This document shows, piece after piece, positions 23,605 to 33,580 of a stretch of 39,977 bases of DNA; within the stretch, counting starts at the first letter, position 1; the number at the start of each line of letters is the position of its first letter. Under the pieces are notes generated by a model. That model had not been told where the DNA came from. It did not search any database and worked only from the letters and a program-made list of their open reading frames with translations. The stretch is from Bacilli bacterium. Its GTDB lineage: Bacteria; Bacillota_I; Bacilli_A; ML615J-28; CAG-698. Made by a program: the position numbers and the translations under genes. Location: positions 1-39,977 of the forward strand of contig JAQUYJ010000001.1 of NCBI GenBank assembly GCA_028691905.1. Reading direction: 5' to 3'.

Positions 23605-24986
23605 CAGAAAACCAAATATTAAAAATTAACAAAAAATCTTTTATAATTGTTTGTATCATTTTAGGGATATTAATGACTTTGACTTATATATTAACCTATC
23701 TCGTCCCCAAAGGAGAATTTGTTGAAGGGGTATACCAAACCATTCCCAGTTTTAATTTACCGGTCTGGAAATGGATTGGAGCACCTGTTTTGGTCCTGGG
23801 CAGTGACAGTGGTCTGAATATTATTGTTATTTCATTGTTTATTATTATTTTAAGTGGTTCTTTTCAGGTGATGAACAAGACGGATGGTATTTCTTCCATT
23901 ATCGGGTATCTTGTAAACCGTTTTTCAAACAATAAAAAACTGTTAATGAGTTTAATTGTCCTGCTTTTTATGGGTTTAGGTGCTTTTTTTGGTATTTTTG
24001 AAGAAGCAGTTACGCTGTTGCCAATCATTGTTTTACTTGCATTGTCCCTTGGCTGGGATACATTTACAGGATTGGGTATGTGTTTGCTGGCAGCAGGATT
24101 TGGTTTTTCCACAGCAATTACAAATCCTTTTTCGATTGGACTGGGAAGCACCGTAATGGGTATTTCTTTAATGGAGGGAATGGGATATCGTCTTATTTTG
24201 TTTTTTATAATGTATGGCTTGCTTCTTTTATTTTTGTTTATTCATATTAAAAAAATAGAGAAAAAACCGCAATCATCCATCACATATGAAAGTGATGAAG
24301 AAAAAAGAAAAGATATGCTGTTTCATTTGGAACAAAACCCTAGAGCATTGCGTGTATACACCATATTTTTCCTGATACTGTTGGCCTTAATCATCCTGTC
24401 ATCCATTCTCCCCTTTCTTCAGGGGTATTCCATTCCGATTATTGCCCTGGCTTTTTTAGTAGGAATATTCATTTGTGGATTGCGTTTATCCCATTCTTTT
24501 TTGACTATTCTTAAATGGTTTTTAAGTGGAATGAAGGCAATGGCTCCGGCTATTATCATGATATTAATGGCAGCATCCATTCAATATATTCTTAATGAAG
24601 GAAAAGTACTGGATACCCTCATTTATCAATTGGAATCAGTGTTTGCCGGTGGATCAAAATTTAAGGCAGTATTGTTCATTTATTTATTGATTTTAATTAT
24701 TCAGTTCTTTATTGGATCTGCTTCCGCCAAAATTCCCCTTCTTCTGCCGATTCTTTCCCAACTGGCAACCAATGTTGGTATTACAAAAAACATTGCCTTG
24801 CTCGCTTTTGTTTTTGGTGACGGATTTACGGACCTGATTTATCCAACCAATCCTGTTTTGTTAATTGCTTTGGGGATGGTTGGACTCAGTTATCCAAAAT
24901 GGTTTAAAAAAACAGGATTATTGCAATTGGCAATATTGATTATTACAGTTGTATTTTTGTATATTGCATTTTTGATTAATTATTAA
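23601..24986 (+). CDS. YfcC/DcuC-like (C4-dicarboxylate anaerobic carrier family) membrane transporter
   Basis: 461 aa, polytopic. ATGA overlap with the acyltransferase gene. Confidence 0.7.
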   Translation: MTENQILKINKKSFIIVCIILGILMTLTYILTYLVPKGEFVEGVYQTIPSFNLPVWKWIGAPVLVLGSDSGLNIIVISLFIIILSGSFQVMNKTDGISSIIGYLVNRFSNNKKLLMSLIVLLFMGLGAFFGIFEEAVTLLPIIVLLALSLGWDTFTGLGMCLLAAGFGFSTAITNPFSIGLGSTVMGISLMEGMGYRLILFFIMYGLLLLFLFIHIKKIEKKPQSSITYESDEEKRKDMLFHLEQNPRALRVYTIFFLILLALIILSSILPFLQGYSIPIIALAFLVGIFICGLRLSHSFLTILKWFLSGMKAMAPAIIMILMAASIQYILNEGKVLDTLIYQLESVFAGGSKFKAVLFIYLLILIIQFFIGSASAKIPLLLPILSQLATNVGITKNIALLAFVFGDGFTDLIYPTNPVLLIALGMVGLSYPKWFKKTGLLQLAILIITVVFLYIAFLINY

Positions 24987-24992
24987 AATCAC

Positions 24993-25021
24993 TTGAAATG
25001 CGAAGAGCACTATGATATAAT
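24993..25021 (+). promoter_or_regulatory. Sigma-A promoter of the pheST leader
   Basis: TTGAAA (24993-24998), 17-bp spacer, TATAAT (25016-25021) with TGa extended -10. Confidence 0.7.
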
Positions 25022-25027
25022 AGGTAT

Positions 25028-25253
25028 AACAAATCGATGATGGAGAACCAGTATATTGATTTTGTCTTTTCAGAGAGGAAATGGGTGGTGCAAATTTCCA
25101 GGACAACCAATAGAATTCATCTCCGGAGTGACTCCAATCCAGTCCGTTTACCTGGCGTTAACAGGGAACGAGGGCATCAATTACGTAATTGGTGAACTAA
25201 GGTGGTACCGCGATTTTTTCGTCCTTAGAAGACATCTCTTCTAAGGATTTTCT
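25028..25253 (+). promoter_or_regulatory. T-box riboswitch leader, phenylalanine-specific
   Basis: AGAGAGG bulge (25072-25078). Specifier GAA-UUC-A (UUC at 25116-25118). T-box aactaaggtggtaccgcg (25195-25212). Terminator tccttagaaga / tcttctaagga (25222-25247) plus a T-rich tail. Confidence 0.92.
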
Positions 25254-25267
25254 ATTTGGAGGAAAAT

Positions 25268-26287
25268 ATGAAAGATTTAAATCATTTACAAAAAGAAGCA
25301 CAAAATGCAATTCAATTCACCAAAACGCAGCATGAACTAAATGAAGTAAAAGCACTGTATTTAGGAAAAAAGAGTGCATTGAATCAAATTATGGCAACGA
25401 TGAAAGATCTGTCAATTGAAGATCGGAAAGCACTTGGTCAGGAAATAAACCAGTTCAAAGTACAGATTGAAGAATGGGTGGCAGGCCAAAGAGATAAATT
25501 GGTAGAAAGAGCCATTCAAAGCCAACTACAGGCTGAAGCAATCGATGTAACCTTGCCGGGTAAAGCAATCACACAGGGGAAACTTCACATTCTAACTCGA
25601 ACGCAGCAGGAAATAGAAGATATTTTTGTTGGTATGGGGTATCGGGTAGTAGAAGGACCGGAAGTGGAATTGGACTTATATAATTTTGAAATGTTGAATT
25701 TGCCTGTTGGACATCCGGCACGGGAAATGCAGGATTCATTCTACATCAATCCGGAAACATTACTTCGGACACATACTTCACCTGTTCAGGTGCGAACATT
25801 GCTGGAAAATAAAAATGAACCGATTAAGATCATCTGCCCGGGAAAAGTCTATCGCCGTGATGATGACGACGCAACCCATTCCCATCAGTTCAGTCAAATC
25901 GAAGGGTTGGTTGTCGGACCTCATATAACGATGTCCGACCTGAAAGGAACACTCAGCACTTTATCCAAAAAATTATTTGGTCCCAACCGTGAAATCAGAT
26001 TTCGACCTTCCTTTTTCCCATTTACCGAACCAAGTGTTGAAGTAGATGTCAGTTGTTTCAAATGCGGTGGCAAAGGTTGTAATTTATGTAAACAGACAGG
26101 GTGGATTGAAATCCTTGGAGCTGGAATGGTTCATCCCAATGTGCTTAGAATGGCCGGCTATGATTCCGACCATTTGCGGGGATTTGCATTTGGAATGGGA
26201 ATAGAACGTATCACATTATTAAAATATGGAATCGATGATATTCGTCATTTCTACCAAAATGACATTCGATTTTTAAAACAGTTGTAG
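25268..26287 (+). CDS. pheS: Phenylalanyl-tRNA synthetase alpha subunit
   Basis: ATG at 25268 after RBS ggagga. Class II core motifs are present ([23 protein letters not shown]). Confidence 0.96.
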   Translation: MKDLNHLQKEAQNAIQFTKTQHELNEVKALYLGKKSALNQIMATMKDLSIEDRKALGQEINQFKVQIEEWVAGQRDKLVERAIQSQLQAEAIDVTLPGKAITQGKLHILTRTQQEIEDIFVGMGYRVVEGPEVELDLYNFEMLNLPVGHPAREMQDSFYINPETLLRTHTSPVQVRTLLENKNEPIKIICPGKVYRRDDDDATHSHQFSQIEGLVVGPHITMSDLKGTLSTLSKKLFGPNREIRFRPSFFPFTEPSVEVDVSCFKCGGKGCNLCKQTGWIEILGAGMVHPNVLRMAGYDSDHLRGFAFGMGIERITLLKYGIDDIRHFYQNDIRFLKQL

Positions 26288-26296
26288 AGGTGGATT

Positions 26297-28675
26297 ATGA
26301 AAGTTAAAACAGATTGGTTGCGGGAATTGGTTGATTTAACCGATATCACAACTGAAGATATTGTAAATAAAATATCGCTTCATTCCGGAGAAGTCGAAAG
26401 CGTGTACTCAATAATTGATGCAAGTTCAATTGTCGTCGGACATGTACTGACAAAAGAAAAACATCCGGATTCTGATCACCTGAGTGTATTGCAGGTGGAT
26501 GTGGGGACAGAAACAGTACAGATTATCTGTGGAGCAAGTAATGTTGCTGCAGACCAATATGTTATTGTTGCCTTGAATGGGGCAGTTTTACCGGGTAATT
26601 TTAAAATAAAAAAATCGAAAATCCGTGGCATAGAATCAAATGGAATGGTTTGTTCCTTACAGGAACTGGGCTTGGAGAAAAAGTTCATCCGCGAAGAATT
26701 CGCCAATGGAATTTTCTATTTTGATCAGCCGCTTCCTGTTGGTATGGATGGTAAAAAAGCACTCGGGTTCGCCGATGATGTTATTGAACTGGGATTAACA
26801 CCAAACAGAAGTGATCTCCTGTCGATGCTAGGGGTAGCGCAGGAATGCAGTGCCATGTTTAAAAGAAATCTCCTGCCTGTTAAGGCTGATGTTTGTCATA
26901 CACCAAGTAAAGAAAAAATCAATCTGAAACTGGATACTCCACTTTGCTTGACTTATTATGGTCAACTGATCCGAAATGTAGTGGTGAAACCTTCTCCTGT
27001 TTGGCTCTCCAACCGCTTAATTGCGTTTGGAATTCGTCCCATCAACAATCTGGTTGATATAACAAACTACATACTGGCATTATATGGACAACCATTACAT
27101 GCGTTTGATTACGACAAGTTGGGAAATACAATAGTTGTTCGCAATGCTCTGCCGGATGAAGAAATAACTACCCTGGATGAAGTAAAACGAAATTTGGATA
27201 GGAATGATCTTGTGATTACAAACGGAGCAAAACCGGTTGCAATTGCCGGCGTGATGGGGGGATTGGAAACAGAAGTCACCGGTTCAACCAAGAATATTGT
27301 TTTGGAAGCCGCTGTATTTGATCCACTTAGTATCCGAAGAACTTCATCGAGACTCAATCTTCGCAGTGAGTCCTCTGTTCGCTTTGAACGGGGTATTGAT
27401 TTAAATCGAACCCAGGAAGCGTTGCAGTATGCCTGTTACTTATATCAAACGCTTGCTGATGGTGTTATTGATGAATCAGTTGCTTTTGCGGGAATCAAAC
27501 ATGTCTCTGATAAAAAAATCAAAGTTACCGGTTTGGATATCCAACATGTATTGGGAATAGAAATCCCGGAAAATGAAATAAAACAGATATGTCACTGGTT
27601 AGGGTTCATAAGAGAAGAAGAATGGATTATTGTTCCCAATCGCCGCTTGGATATTACTATCAAAGAAGACTGTATTGAAGAAATAGGAAGAATGTATGGT
27701 TATTTCCATCTTGAATCAACTTATCCGGTTGACAATATGGTTGGAGCGCTCAGCTTGGAACAAAAGCGATTACGGGAGCTAAAAAGTATTTTATCCCACT
27801 ATGGATTATACGAGCTGATTACTTATTCACTGGTTAATGAACAGGAAAGCAGAGAATTTTCTTTTAACCATTCCAATCAGGCCAAAGCTTTAAAGATTTT
27901 ATCTCCGCTGACAGAGGAACATCAATTCTTACGTCAGGAACTGCTTCCTTCAGTCTTACAGGTATGTCAATACAATTATTCCCATAAAAACAGTAATGCA
28001 AGTTATTTTGAAATTGGGAAAGTGTACTGTGAACTGGATGGTAAAACGAAAGAAGTGAAACATCTGGCTGGAGCAATGTCCAATCTGTTTACCGATACAT
28101 TATGGAACAACAAGCAGGAACGTGTTGATTTCTTCCTCGTAAAAGGATTATTGGAAAATGCATTTCAAATAATGGGCTGGGAACTAACCTTTCAGCCACT
28201 GGAGGAAAAAACAACAGAACTGCATCCCAACCGCAGTGCTGCCATTTATTATGGCAATCAAAAAGTTGGAATACTGGGCCAGCTTCATCCATCCTATGCG
28301 CTCACAAAAGATTTGGATGAAATGATTGTGTTTGATATCAATTTGGAGAGCTTCCTTCAAAGCAGTCCAAATGAGGTCGTTTTTACTTCCATACCCAAAC
28401 TGCCAAGTGTACAGCGAGACATTTCAATTGTCATTAAAAAAGATATTTTAGCCAATGATATCATTCAACAAGTCAAAAAATCAGACCGAAATATCATAAG
28501 TGTAAAATTGTTTGATTATTACGTCGGAGAAAAAGTTGCTGATGATGAAAAATCAATTGCAATGAATATTGTTTTTTCATCAGAAGATCCATTGACAGAT
28601 GAAATTATCAAACAAAAAATGGACAGAATAACAAAAGGATTGGTTAAAATGTTTGCTGCAACGCTGCGGACATAA
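26297..28675 (+). CDS. pheT: Phenylalanyl-tRNA synthetase beta subunit
   Basis: 792 aa. N-terminal tRNA-binding (OB) domain, B3/4 and B5 domains, C-terminal FDX-ACB-like domain. Confidence 0.96.
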   Translation: MKVKTDWLRELVDLTDITTEDIVNKISLHSGEVESVYSIIDASSIVVGHVLTKEKHPDSDHLSVLQVDVGTETVQIICGASNVAADQYVIVALNGAVLPGNFKIKKSKIRGIESNGMVCSLQELGLEKKFIREEFANGIFYFDQPLPVGMDGKKALGFADDVIELGLTPNRSDLLSMLGVAQECSAMFKRNLLPVKADVCHTPSKEKINLKLDTPLCLTYYGQLIRNVVVKPSPVWLSNRLIAFGIRPINNLVDITNYILALYGQPLHAFDYDKLGNTIVVRNALPDEEITTLDEVKRNLDRNDLVITNGAKPVAIAGVMGGLETEVTGSTKNIVLEAAVFDPLSIRRTSSRLNLRSESSVRFERGIDLNRTQEALQYACYLYQTLADGVIDESVAFAGIKHVSDKKIKVTGLDIQHVLGIEIPENEIKQICHWLGFIREEEWIIVPNRRLDITIKEDCIEEIGRMYGYFHLESTYPVDNMVGALSLEQKRLRELKSILSHYGLYELITYSLVNEQESREFSFNHSNQAKALKILSPLTEEHQFLRQELLPSVLQVCQYNYSHKNSNASYFEIGKVYCELDGKTKEVKHLAGAMSNLFTDTLWNNKQERVDFFLVKGLLENAFQIMGWELTFQPLEEKTTELHPNRSAAIYYGNQKVGILGQLHPSYALTKDLDEMIVFDINLESFLQSSPNEVVFTSIPKLPSVQRDISIVIKKDILANDIIQQVKKSDRNIISVKLFDYYVGEKVADDEKSIAMNIVFSSEDPLTDEIIKQKMDRITKGLVKMFAATLRT

Positions 28676-28680
28676 AATAA

Positions 28681-28709
28681 AACAGAAATTAGGTCATCTA
28701 ATTTCTGTT
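28681..28709. terminator. Bidirectional terminator between pheT and ispH
   Basis: aacagaaattag-gtcat-ctaatttctgtt flanked by an A-run and a T-run. The 3' arm overlaps the last ispH codons. Confidence 0.75.
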
Positions 28710-29603
28710 TTTTTTGTTTGTGTAGTTCAGATAATCATTTGGTTGAAGGTAGGAATTAAAATCATTGTTTGTTATTCCACTTATTATTTCATCCACTATT
28801 GCAGTAGGTGTAGATGCACCGGCAGTAACACCTACAGTTGAAAACAAGGACAAATCAACTGCTTTTAAATCGGTAATATTCTGCACCAGAATGGATGGTG
28901 TAGCAGTATAAATATCACATACTTCCTTTAATTTTTTGGTATTGTTACTGGAAGGATCCCCTACTATAATTATAAAATCAACCAAATCTGCGGATGCCAG
29001 CAATGCTTCCTGACGTAATTTTGTAGCATTGCATATGTCAATATGAATTTCAATGGTGGGATATACTTCTTTTAGCTGTTCAGCCAGATGTAAGACATCT
29101 AAATAGCCCATCGTTGTTTGGGTAGTAAACGCTAATTTTGACGGATAAGGAGGTAAATTCTTTATTTCATCCTGGTGCTGAATGAGGATGATATCCTTAC
29201 TGATACCAAGAATACCCTTTGTTTCCGGATGGGTTGCTTTCCCGTAGTACAAAATGGTGTATCCTTCATTAATTTTTGTTTTGATCAGGTCGTGTGTCTT
29301 TAAAACATCAAAACAGGTAGCATTAATGACATGCAGTTTTTTTTCATGAATTGCTTCCAATACAGCATCACTTATGCCATGAGCAGTAATGATAACCGTC
29401 CCCTGATCAATGGAATCGATTGATGAAATCACTTGAATATCTGCATCCTGATAAGATTGAATAATGTGCTTATTATGAACGAGTCCTCCCAACATATAGA
29501 TTGGGCGGGGAATGGTTGGATCCAGTAAGGCTTTGTTTATTAAAGCAATTGCCCGAATTACGCCTTTACAGAACCCTTGGGGTGTGATTTTTATAATTTT
29601 CAT
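28698..29603 (-). CDS. ispH: 4-hydroxy-3-methylbut-2-enyl diphosphate reductase
   Basis: 301 aa. Three cluster cysteines in the contexts GFCKGV, ATCFDV and DICNAT. Confidence 0.93.
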   Translation of the reverse strand: MKIIKITPQGFCKGVIRAIALINKALLDPTIPRPIYMLGGLVHNKHIIQSYQDADIQVISSIDSIDQGTVIITAHGISDAVLEAIHEKKLHVINATCFDVLKTHDLIKTKINEGYTILYYGKATHPETKGILGISKDIILIQHQDEIKNLPPYPSKLAFTTQTTMGYLDVLHLAEQLKEVYPTIEIHIDICNATKLRQEALLASADLVDFIIIVGDPSSNNTKKLKEVCDIYTATPSILVQNITDLKAVDLSLFSTVGVTAGASTPTAIVDEIISGITNNDFNSYLQPNDYLNYTNKKNRN

Positions 29604-29701
29604 TGGGTTATCTCCAATCCGGTTTAAAACATTTTACATAATAGTATTATAACAAAAAAAAGTTTAAATTACAAAACGAATACTTTTAAAATGAGAAAAC
29701 A

Positions 29702-29730
29702 GTTGTTAGATGGCCAAATATATAGTATAA
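29702..29730 (+). promoter_or_regulatory. Sigma-A promoter of the chromate-transporter pair
   Basis: TTGTTA (29702-29707), 17-bp spacer, TATAAT (29725-29730). A small palindrome atagta-taa-tactat overlaps the -10 box. Confidence 0.55.
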
Positions 29731-29746
29731 TACTATAGGACAAAGG

Positions 29747-30316
29747 ATGAAAAGAAAGCCAATGAATAAACTGATAAGTCTTTTTTTTACTTTTTTTAAG
29801 ATAGGTGCATTTACATTTGGCGGCGGACTGGCGATGCTGCCGTTTATTCACAGCGAAATGGTAGAAAAAAAGAGTTGGATTACCGATGAAGAAATGATGG
29901 ACATCATAGCTGTAGCGGAATCCACTCCCGGTGTAATTGCAGTGAATACTGCTACTTTTGTAGGATATAAAGTAGGGAAGTTTTGGGGTAGCCTGGTTGC
30001 TACAGTTGGTGTGGTTTTACCTTCTTTAATCATTATCTGTGTTATTTCCCTCTTTTTTGAAGACTTTCTGACTTATCCGATTGTTGCTGCTGTATTTAAG
30101 GGAATTCGGGTTGGAGTTACCGTTTTAATATTTAATGCAGCAATAAAAATATTTAAAAAAAGTCCGAAAACCGTCATTACTTACAGTATCATTGCATTAT
30201 CCATTATACTTAGTATTTTTACGCCATTGGATTCTATTCTTATCATTATTTTAGGTGCATTGATAGCGATTCTATCCCAAGTCGTACTCCTGAAAAAAGG
30301 AGATAAAAATGATTAA
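29747..30316 (+). CDS. chrA: Chromate ion transporter (CHR) family protein, short-chain, first of a pair
   Basis: 189 aa. FGGGLAMLPFI and ESTPGVIAVNTATFVGY motifs. The start (29747 or 29762) is uncertain. Confidence 0.85.
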   Translation: MKRKPMNKLISLFFTFFKIGAFTFGGGLAMLPFIHSEMVEKKSWITDEEMMDIIAVAESTPGVIAVNTATFVGYKVGKFWGSLVATVGVVLPSLIIICVISLFFEDFLTYPIVAAVFKGIRVGVTVLIFNAAIKIFKKSPKTVITYSIIALSIILSIFTPLDSILIIILGALIAILSQVVLLKKGDKND

Positions 30317-30863
30317 ATTACTGGAACTTTTTATTACTTTTTTCTTAATCGGTTTATTTACCATTGGTGGCGGATATGCAATGATTCCAATGATTCAAGA
30401 CCGTGTCTTGGCCAATAACTGGTTAACGATAGATGAGTTATTGAATTTCTTTGCTATATCAGAGTCAACACCCGGACCTTTTGCTGTCAATACAGCTACT
30501 TTAATCGGTTTTTCCCAATTTCCTGAATTTCCCATTTTGGGAGCCATCACCACAACAACTGCAGTGATTCTTCCTTCCTTTATTATTATTTTGCTCATTG
30601 CGAAACACTTTCATCATTTGATGGAGAACAAAGTAATAAGGTGGGCACTGATGGGCATCAAAGCTACAGTAATTGGTTTGATTATTGGTGTGGTAGTGAT
30701 GCTGGTTCGGGCGAATGTATATGTTGAAGGACAGTGGGATATCTATGCTATCATTATTATTGCCATTGTATTTGCGTGCACCAAAATATTTAAAAAAATT
30801 GGTCCCATTCCCATTATTGTTTTATCCGGTTTATTGGGATACCTATTTTATATTTTAATATAA
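30309..30863 (+). CDS. chrA: Chromate ion transporter (CHR) family protein, short-chain, second of a pair
   Basis: 184 aa. GGGYAMIPMI and ESTPGPFAVNTATLIG motifs. 8-nt overlap with the first gene. Confidence 0.85.
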   Translation: MIKLLELFITFFLIGLFTIGGGYAMIPMIQDRVLANNWLTIDELLNFFAISESTPGPFAVNTATLIGFSQFPEFPILGAITTTTAVILPSFIIILLIAKHFHHLMENKVIRWALMGIKATVIGLIIGVVVMLVRANVYVEGQWDIYAIIIIAIVFACTKIFKKIGPIPIIVLSGLLGYLFYILI

Positions 30864-30874
30864 AGGAGAAAAAA

Positions 30875-31744
30875 ATGATTTATACCATTCAAAACGAGTT
30901 TTTAACGGTTGGAATTAATTCGCTGGGCGCAGAAAAAGAGTTTATTATAAGTAACAAAAATGTTTCGTACTTGCGAAAGCGGGATGAATACTGGGACAGT
31001 ATTGCCCCCCTCCTTTTTCCCAATGTCGGAAGATTGAAAGAAGGCTATACTTTTATTAACAACGAGCGATATGAATTGGAATTACATGGTTTTGCGAGAA
31101 AACAGGAATTTGAAGTATTACACCAAAAGAAAGATGAAATCACCCTTTTTAACAGTCATTCCAAAGAAACACTAAAACATTATCCGTTTGAATATAAATT
31201 ATTTGTTACCTACACTTTGAAAAATAAAACACTGACAACAAAAATCAGAATTGTCAATCACAGCATGAAGGACATGCCGTTCAATTATGGCGGACATCCG
31301 GGATTCCGCGTTCCGCTTTATGATAATGAACGCTTTGAAGATTATGAGATTCATTTTGAAAAACCCGAAACGTTTCATTCTCCGACCGTAGAAAAGGATG
31401 GAACGCTTAATTTTGATAATCCGCATTGGCAATTTAACAAACTGGAAAAACTGCAACTGGATTACCGCTATTTTACAATTGATGCAATCGTGATTCCCCG
31501 TGTTCAGTCCAATGAGGTTTCATTGGTTAACAAGGAAGGAAAGGGCATTCGTTTTTCTTTTGCTGATTTCGTCAGTTTGGCACTGTGGACCAAACCAAAC
31601 GCTTCCTTTATCTGTCTGGAACCTTGGATAGGATATGCAGATTTATATGTGACTGATCATCTGTTTTCGAAAAAAGACAATATTATCAATCTGGAACCAT
31701 TAAAAGATTTTACAGCAAGTTATGCGATTACGATTTTAGATTAA
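30875..31744 (+). CDS. Aldose 1-epimerase family protein (LacX-like)
   Basis: 289 aa. Galactose-mutarotase-like pattern (LHGFAR, GGHPGFRVP, EPW). Confidence 0.75.
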   Translation: MIYTIQNEFLTVGINSLGAEKEFIISNKNVSYLRKRDEYWDSIAPLLFPNVGRLKEGYTFINNERYELELHGFARKQEFEVLHQKKDEITLFNSHSKETLKHYPFEYKLFVTYTLKNKTLTTKIRIVNHSMKDMPFNYGGHPGFRVPLYDNERFEDYEIHFEKPETFHSPTVEKDGTLNFDNPHWQFNKLEKLQLDYRYFTIDAIVIPRVQSNEVSLVNKEGKGIRFSFADFVSLALWTKPNASFICLEPWIGYADLYVTDHLFSKKDNIINLEPLKDFTASYAITILD

Positions 31745-31805
31745 ACAGTTTACTGGACAAAAAGCTATTTTTATAATATAATAAATAAATATAAGGAGAC
31801 AATTT

Positions 31806-32363
31806 ATGATTTCAACAAGTGATTTTAAAACAGGAATGACAATTGAATATGATAACAGTATTTATCAGATAATTGAATTTCAACATGTAAAACCAGGGAA
31901 AGGACAGGCGTTTGTCCGTACCAAATTACGCAATTTACGGACAAGTTCGTTAACTGATGTCACTTTTGGTGCTGGTGAAAAAATGGAACAGGCCATGATT
32001 GAAAAGAAAAAAATGCAGTATCTCTATGTGAGTGGGGAATTTTATTCTTTTATGGATATGGAAACGTACGAACAAATTGAAATGCCCGCTGAACGCTTAC
32101 AATATGAGAAAAACTTTATGCTGGAAGGCATGGAAGTAATTATTGTCGATTATAAAGGTGAAATTTTAGGTGTTCAACTACCGGAAAAAGTGGCACTGGA
32201 AGTAGTGGAATGTGCTCCCGGTGTACGGGGGAATACCGCAGCCAATGCTACCAAAGATGCTGTTTTAGAAACAGGGCATCGCGTATTGGTTCCTTTGTTC
32301 GTTGAAACAGGAGATAAAATTATCGTTTCAACAATCGACGGAAAATACAGTTCAAGAGCATAA
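31806..32363 (+). CDS. efp: Elongation factor P
   Basis: MISTSDFKTGMTIEYDN...KPGKGQAFVRTKLRNL. RBS aaggaga. Confidence 0.97.
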   Translation: MISTSDFKTGMTIEYDNSIYQIIEFQHVKPGKGQAFVRTKLRNLRTSSLTDVTFGAGEKMEQAMIEKKKMQYLYVSGEFYSFMDMETYEQIEMPAERLQYEKNFMLEGMEVIIVDYKGEILGVQLPEKVALEVVECAPGVRGNTAANATKDAVLETGHRVLVPLFVETGDKIIVSTIDGKYSSRA

Positions 32364-32381
32364 ACAGGTGGGAGGGATACC

Positions 32382-33152
32382 ATGTTAATATGTGTTGATG
32401 TTGGCAATTCCAATATTGTAGTTGGTGTATTCAACGATCAAAACCAATTATTACCTCCGTTTCGCCTGGAAACAAAGGTTCTGCGGACAGAGGATGAATA
32501 TGGTATTCGATTTTTGGAAAATTTACAGTTTTTAAATGTGAAGGCAAGTGACATTACAGGAGCTATTATAGCCAGTGTTGTTCCAACGGTTGATGCCAAT
32601 TTGGAAAAGACTTTTCTAAAATATTTTCAGATAAAACCGCTCTTTATTGCTCCCGGTGTGAAAAGCGGGATTAAAATAACCATTGATAATCCCAAGCAGT
32701 TGGGAGCTGACCTTTTGGTTGGAGCAGTCGGAGCAACCAGCAAATATGGGTATCCATGCCTGGTGGTTGATATGGGAACAGCAATCACCTTAATGGTTGT
32801 CAACGAGCGAAAAGAAATCATCGGTGGAATTATCTATCCAGGAATCTATACCGCATATAATGGTTTGATTCGTTCAACATCTTTATTGGAATCAACGAAA
32901 ATCGGTGTTCCCAGTCATGTTATCGGTAAAGATACAGTCAGTTCAATCCAAAGCGGAATGATTTTTGGGACTGCGGGAGCAATTCAGGGCATGATTGATA
33001 AGGTCTTTGAAGAACAGGGTAAGATGAAAGTAGTAATAACAGGCGGAACAGCAAGTTATATTTACCCATATTTAAAAAATGTAATATATGATGAACATTT
33101 ACTTATGGATGGACTGCGTATCGTCTATGAAAAAAACAGAAGCAAGGATTAA
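32382..33152 (+). CDS. coaX: Type III pantothenate kinase
   Basis: MLICVDVGNSNIVVG..., GADLLV, DMGTAIT. Confidence 0.92.
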   Translation: MLICVDVGNSNIVVGVFNDQNQLLPPFRLETKVLRTEDEYGIRFLENLQFLNVKASDITGAIIASVVPTVDANLEKTFLKYFQIKPLFIAPGVKSGIKITIDNPKQLGADLLVGAVGATSKYGYPCLVVDMGTAITLMVVNERKEIIGGIIYPGIYTAYNGLIRSTSLLESTKIGVPSHVIGKDTVSSIQSGMIFGTAGAIQGMIDKVFEEQGKMKVVITGGTASYIYPYLKNVIYDEHLLMDGLRIVYEKNRSKD

Positions 33153-33168
33153 TTTCCTTGCTTTTTTT
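33131..33168. terminator. Bidirectional terminator embedded in the overlapping 3' ends of coaX and the GNAT gene
   Basis: A7, then agcaagga-ttaatt-tccttgct, then T7. Both stop codons (TAA 33150-33152 on plus, TAA 33151-33149 on minus) lie in the loop. Confidence 0.7.
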
Positions 33169-33580
33169 GATAAGTCATTTTACGATGTTTTATGCCTGCA
33201 TCCAGGAAGACGGGTCCTGTTGCCTGAAACCCCAACTGTTCATAAAAAGGGATGGCACTGACCTGTGATTCTAGGATAATATCAGTAATACCTTTTTTAA
33301 AAATATCCCGAATAATTTTTTTCATCAGTTGTAAACCAAAATGTTTCCCCCGATAGGCTTGGTCCACACAGACGCGGCCTATTTTCGCGTAATCGTCAAT
33401 TATTTTATATCGGGCAGTTGCAATACAAGCCGTATCTTTCACCAAGATGTAAATTTCATAGTCCTTATCTTCCAAATCAAATTCCAGCGGATAACTGACT
33501 TGCTGTTCATCGATAAACACTTTTTTCCGAAGAATATAACTGTCAATTAAATCGTCTTTTTTCTTACATATTTTTATCAT
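33149..33580 (-). CDS. GNAT-family N-acetyltransferase
   Basis: Start at MIKICKKKDD (ATGA overlap with the uppP stop). Acetyl-CoA motif VCVDQAYRGKHFGLQLM. Confidence 0.85.
   Translation of the reverse strand: MIKICKKKDDLIDSYILRKKVFIDEQQVSYPLEFDLEDKDYEIYILVKDTACIATARYKIIDDYAKIGRVCVDQAYRGKHFGLQLMKKIIRDIFKKGITDIILESQVSAIPFYEQLGFQATGPVFLDAGIKHRKMTYQKKQGN

Noticed and set aside
25056-25244. 62-aa ORF upstream of pheS.
   Set aside because: It coincides exactly with the Phe T-box leader (specifier loop, T-box sequence, terminator), so the region is explained as structured RNA.
29747-30863. Chromate transporter split into two ORFs, considered as a possible frameshifted pseudogene.
   Set aside because: Each half has its own complete CHR motif set (FGGG..., ESTPG...) and its own start codon, with an 8-nt overlap. 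Paired short-chain CHR genes are a known arrangement (for example B. subtilis ywrA/ywrB, from memory).
33577-33580. Mollicute-style genetic code (TGA read as Trp), considered because of the low GC content and the long OppF.
   Set aside because: TGA terminates uppP, the P-type ATPase (4348-4350) and trmB (38928-38930) at lengths normal for their families. No conserved protein is interrupted by an in-frame TGA, and Trp is encoded by TGG throughout.
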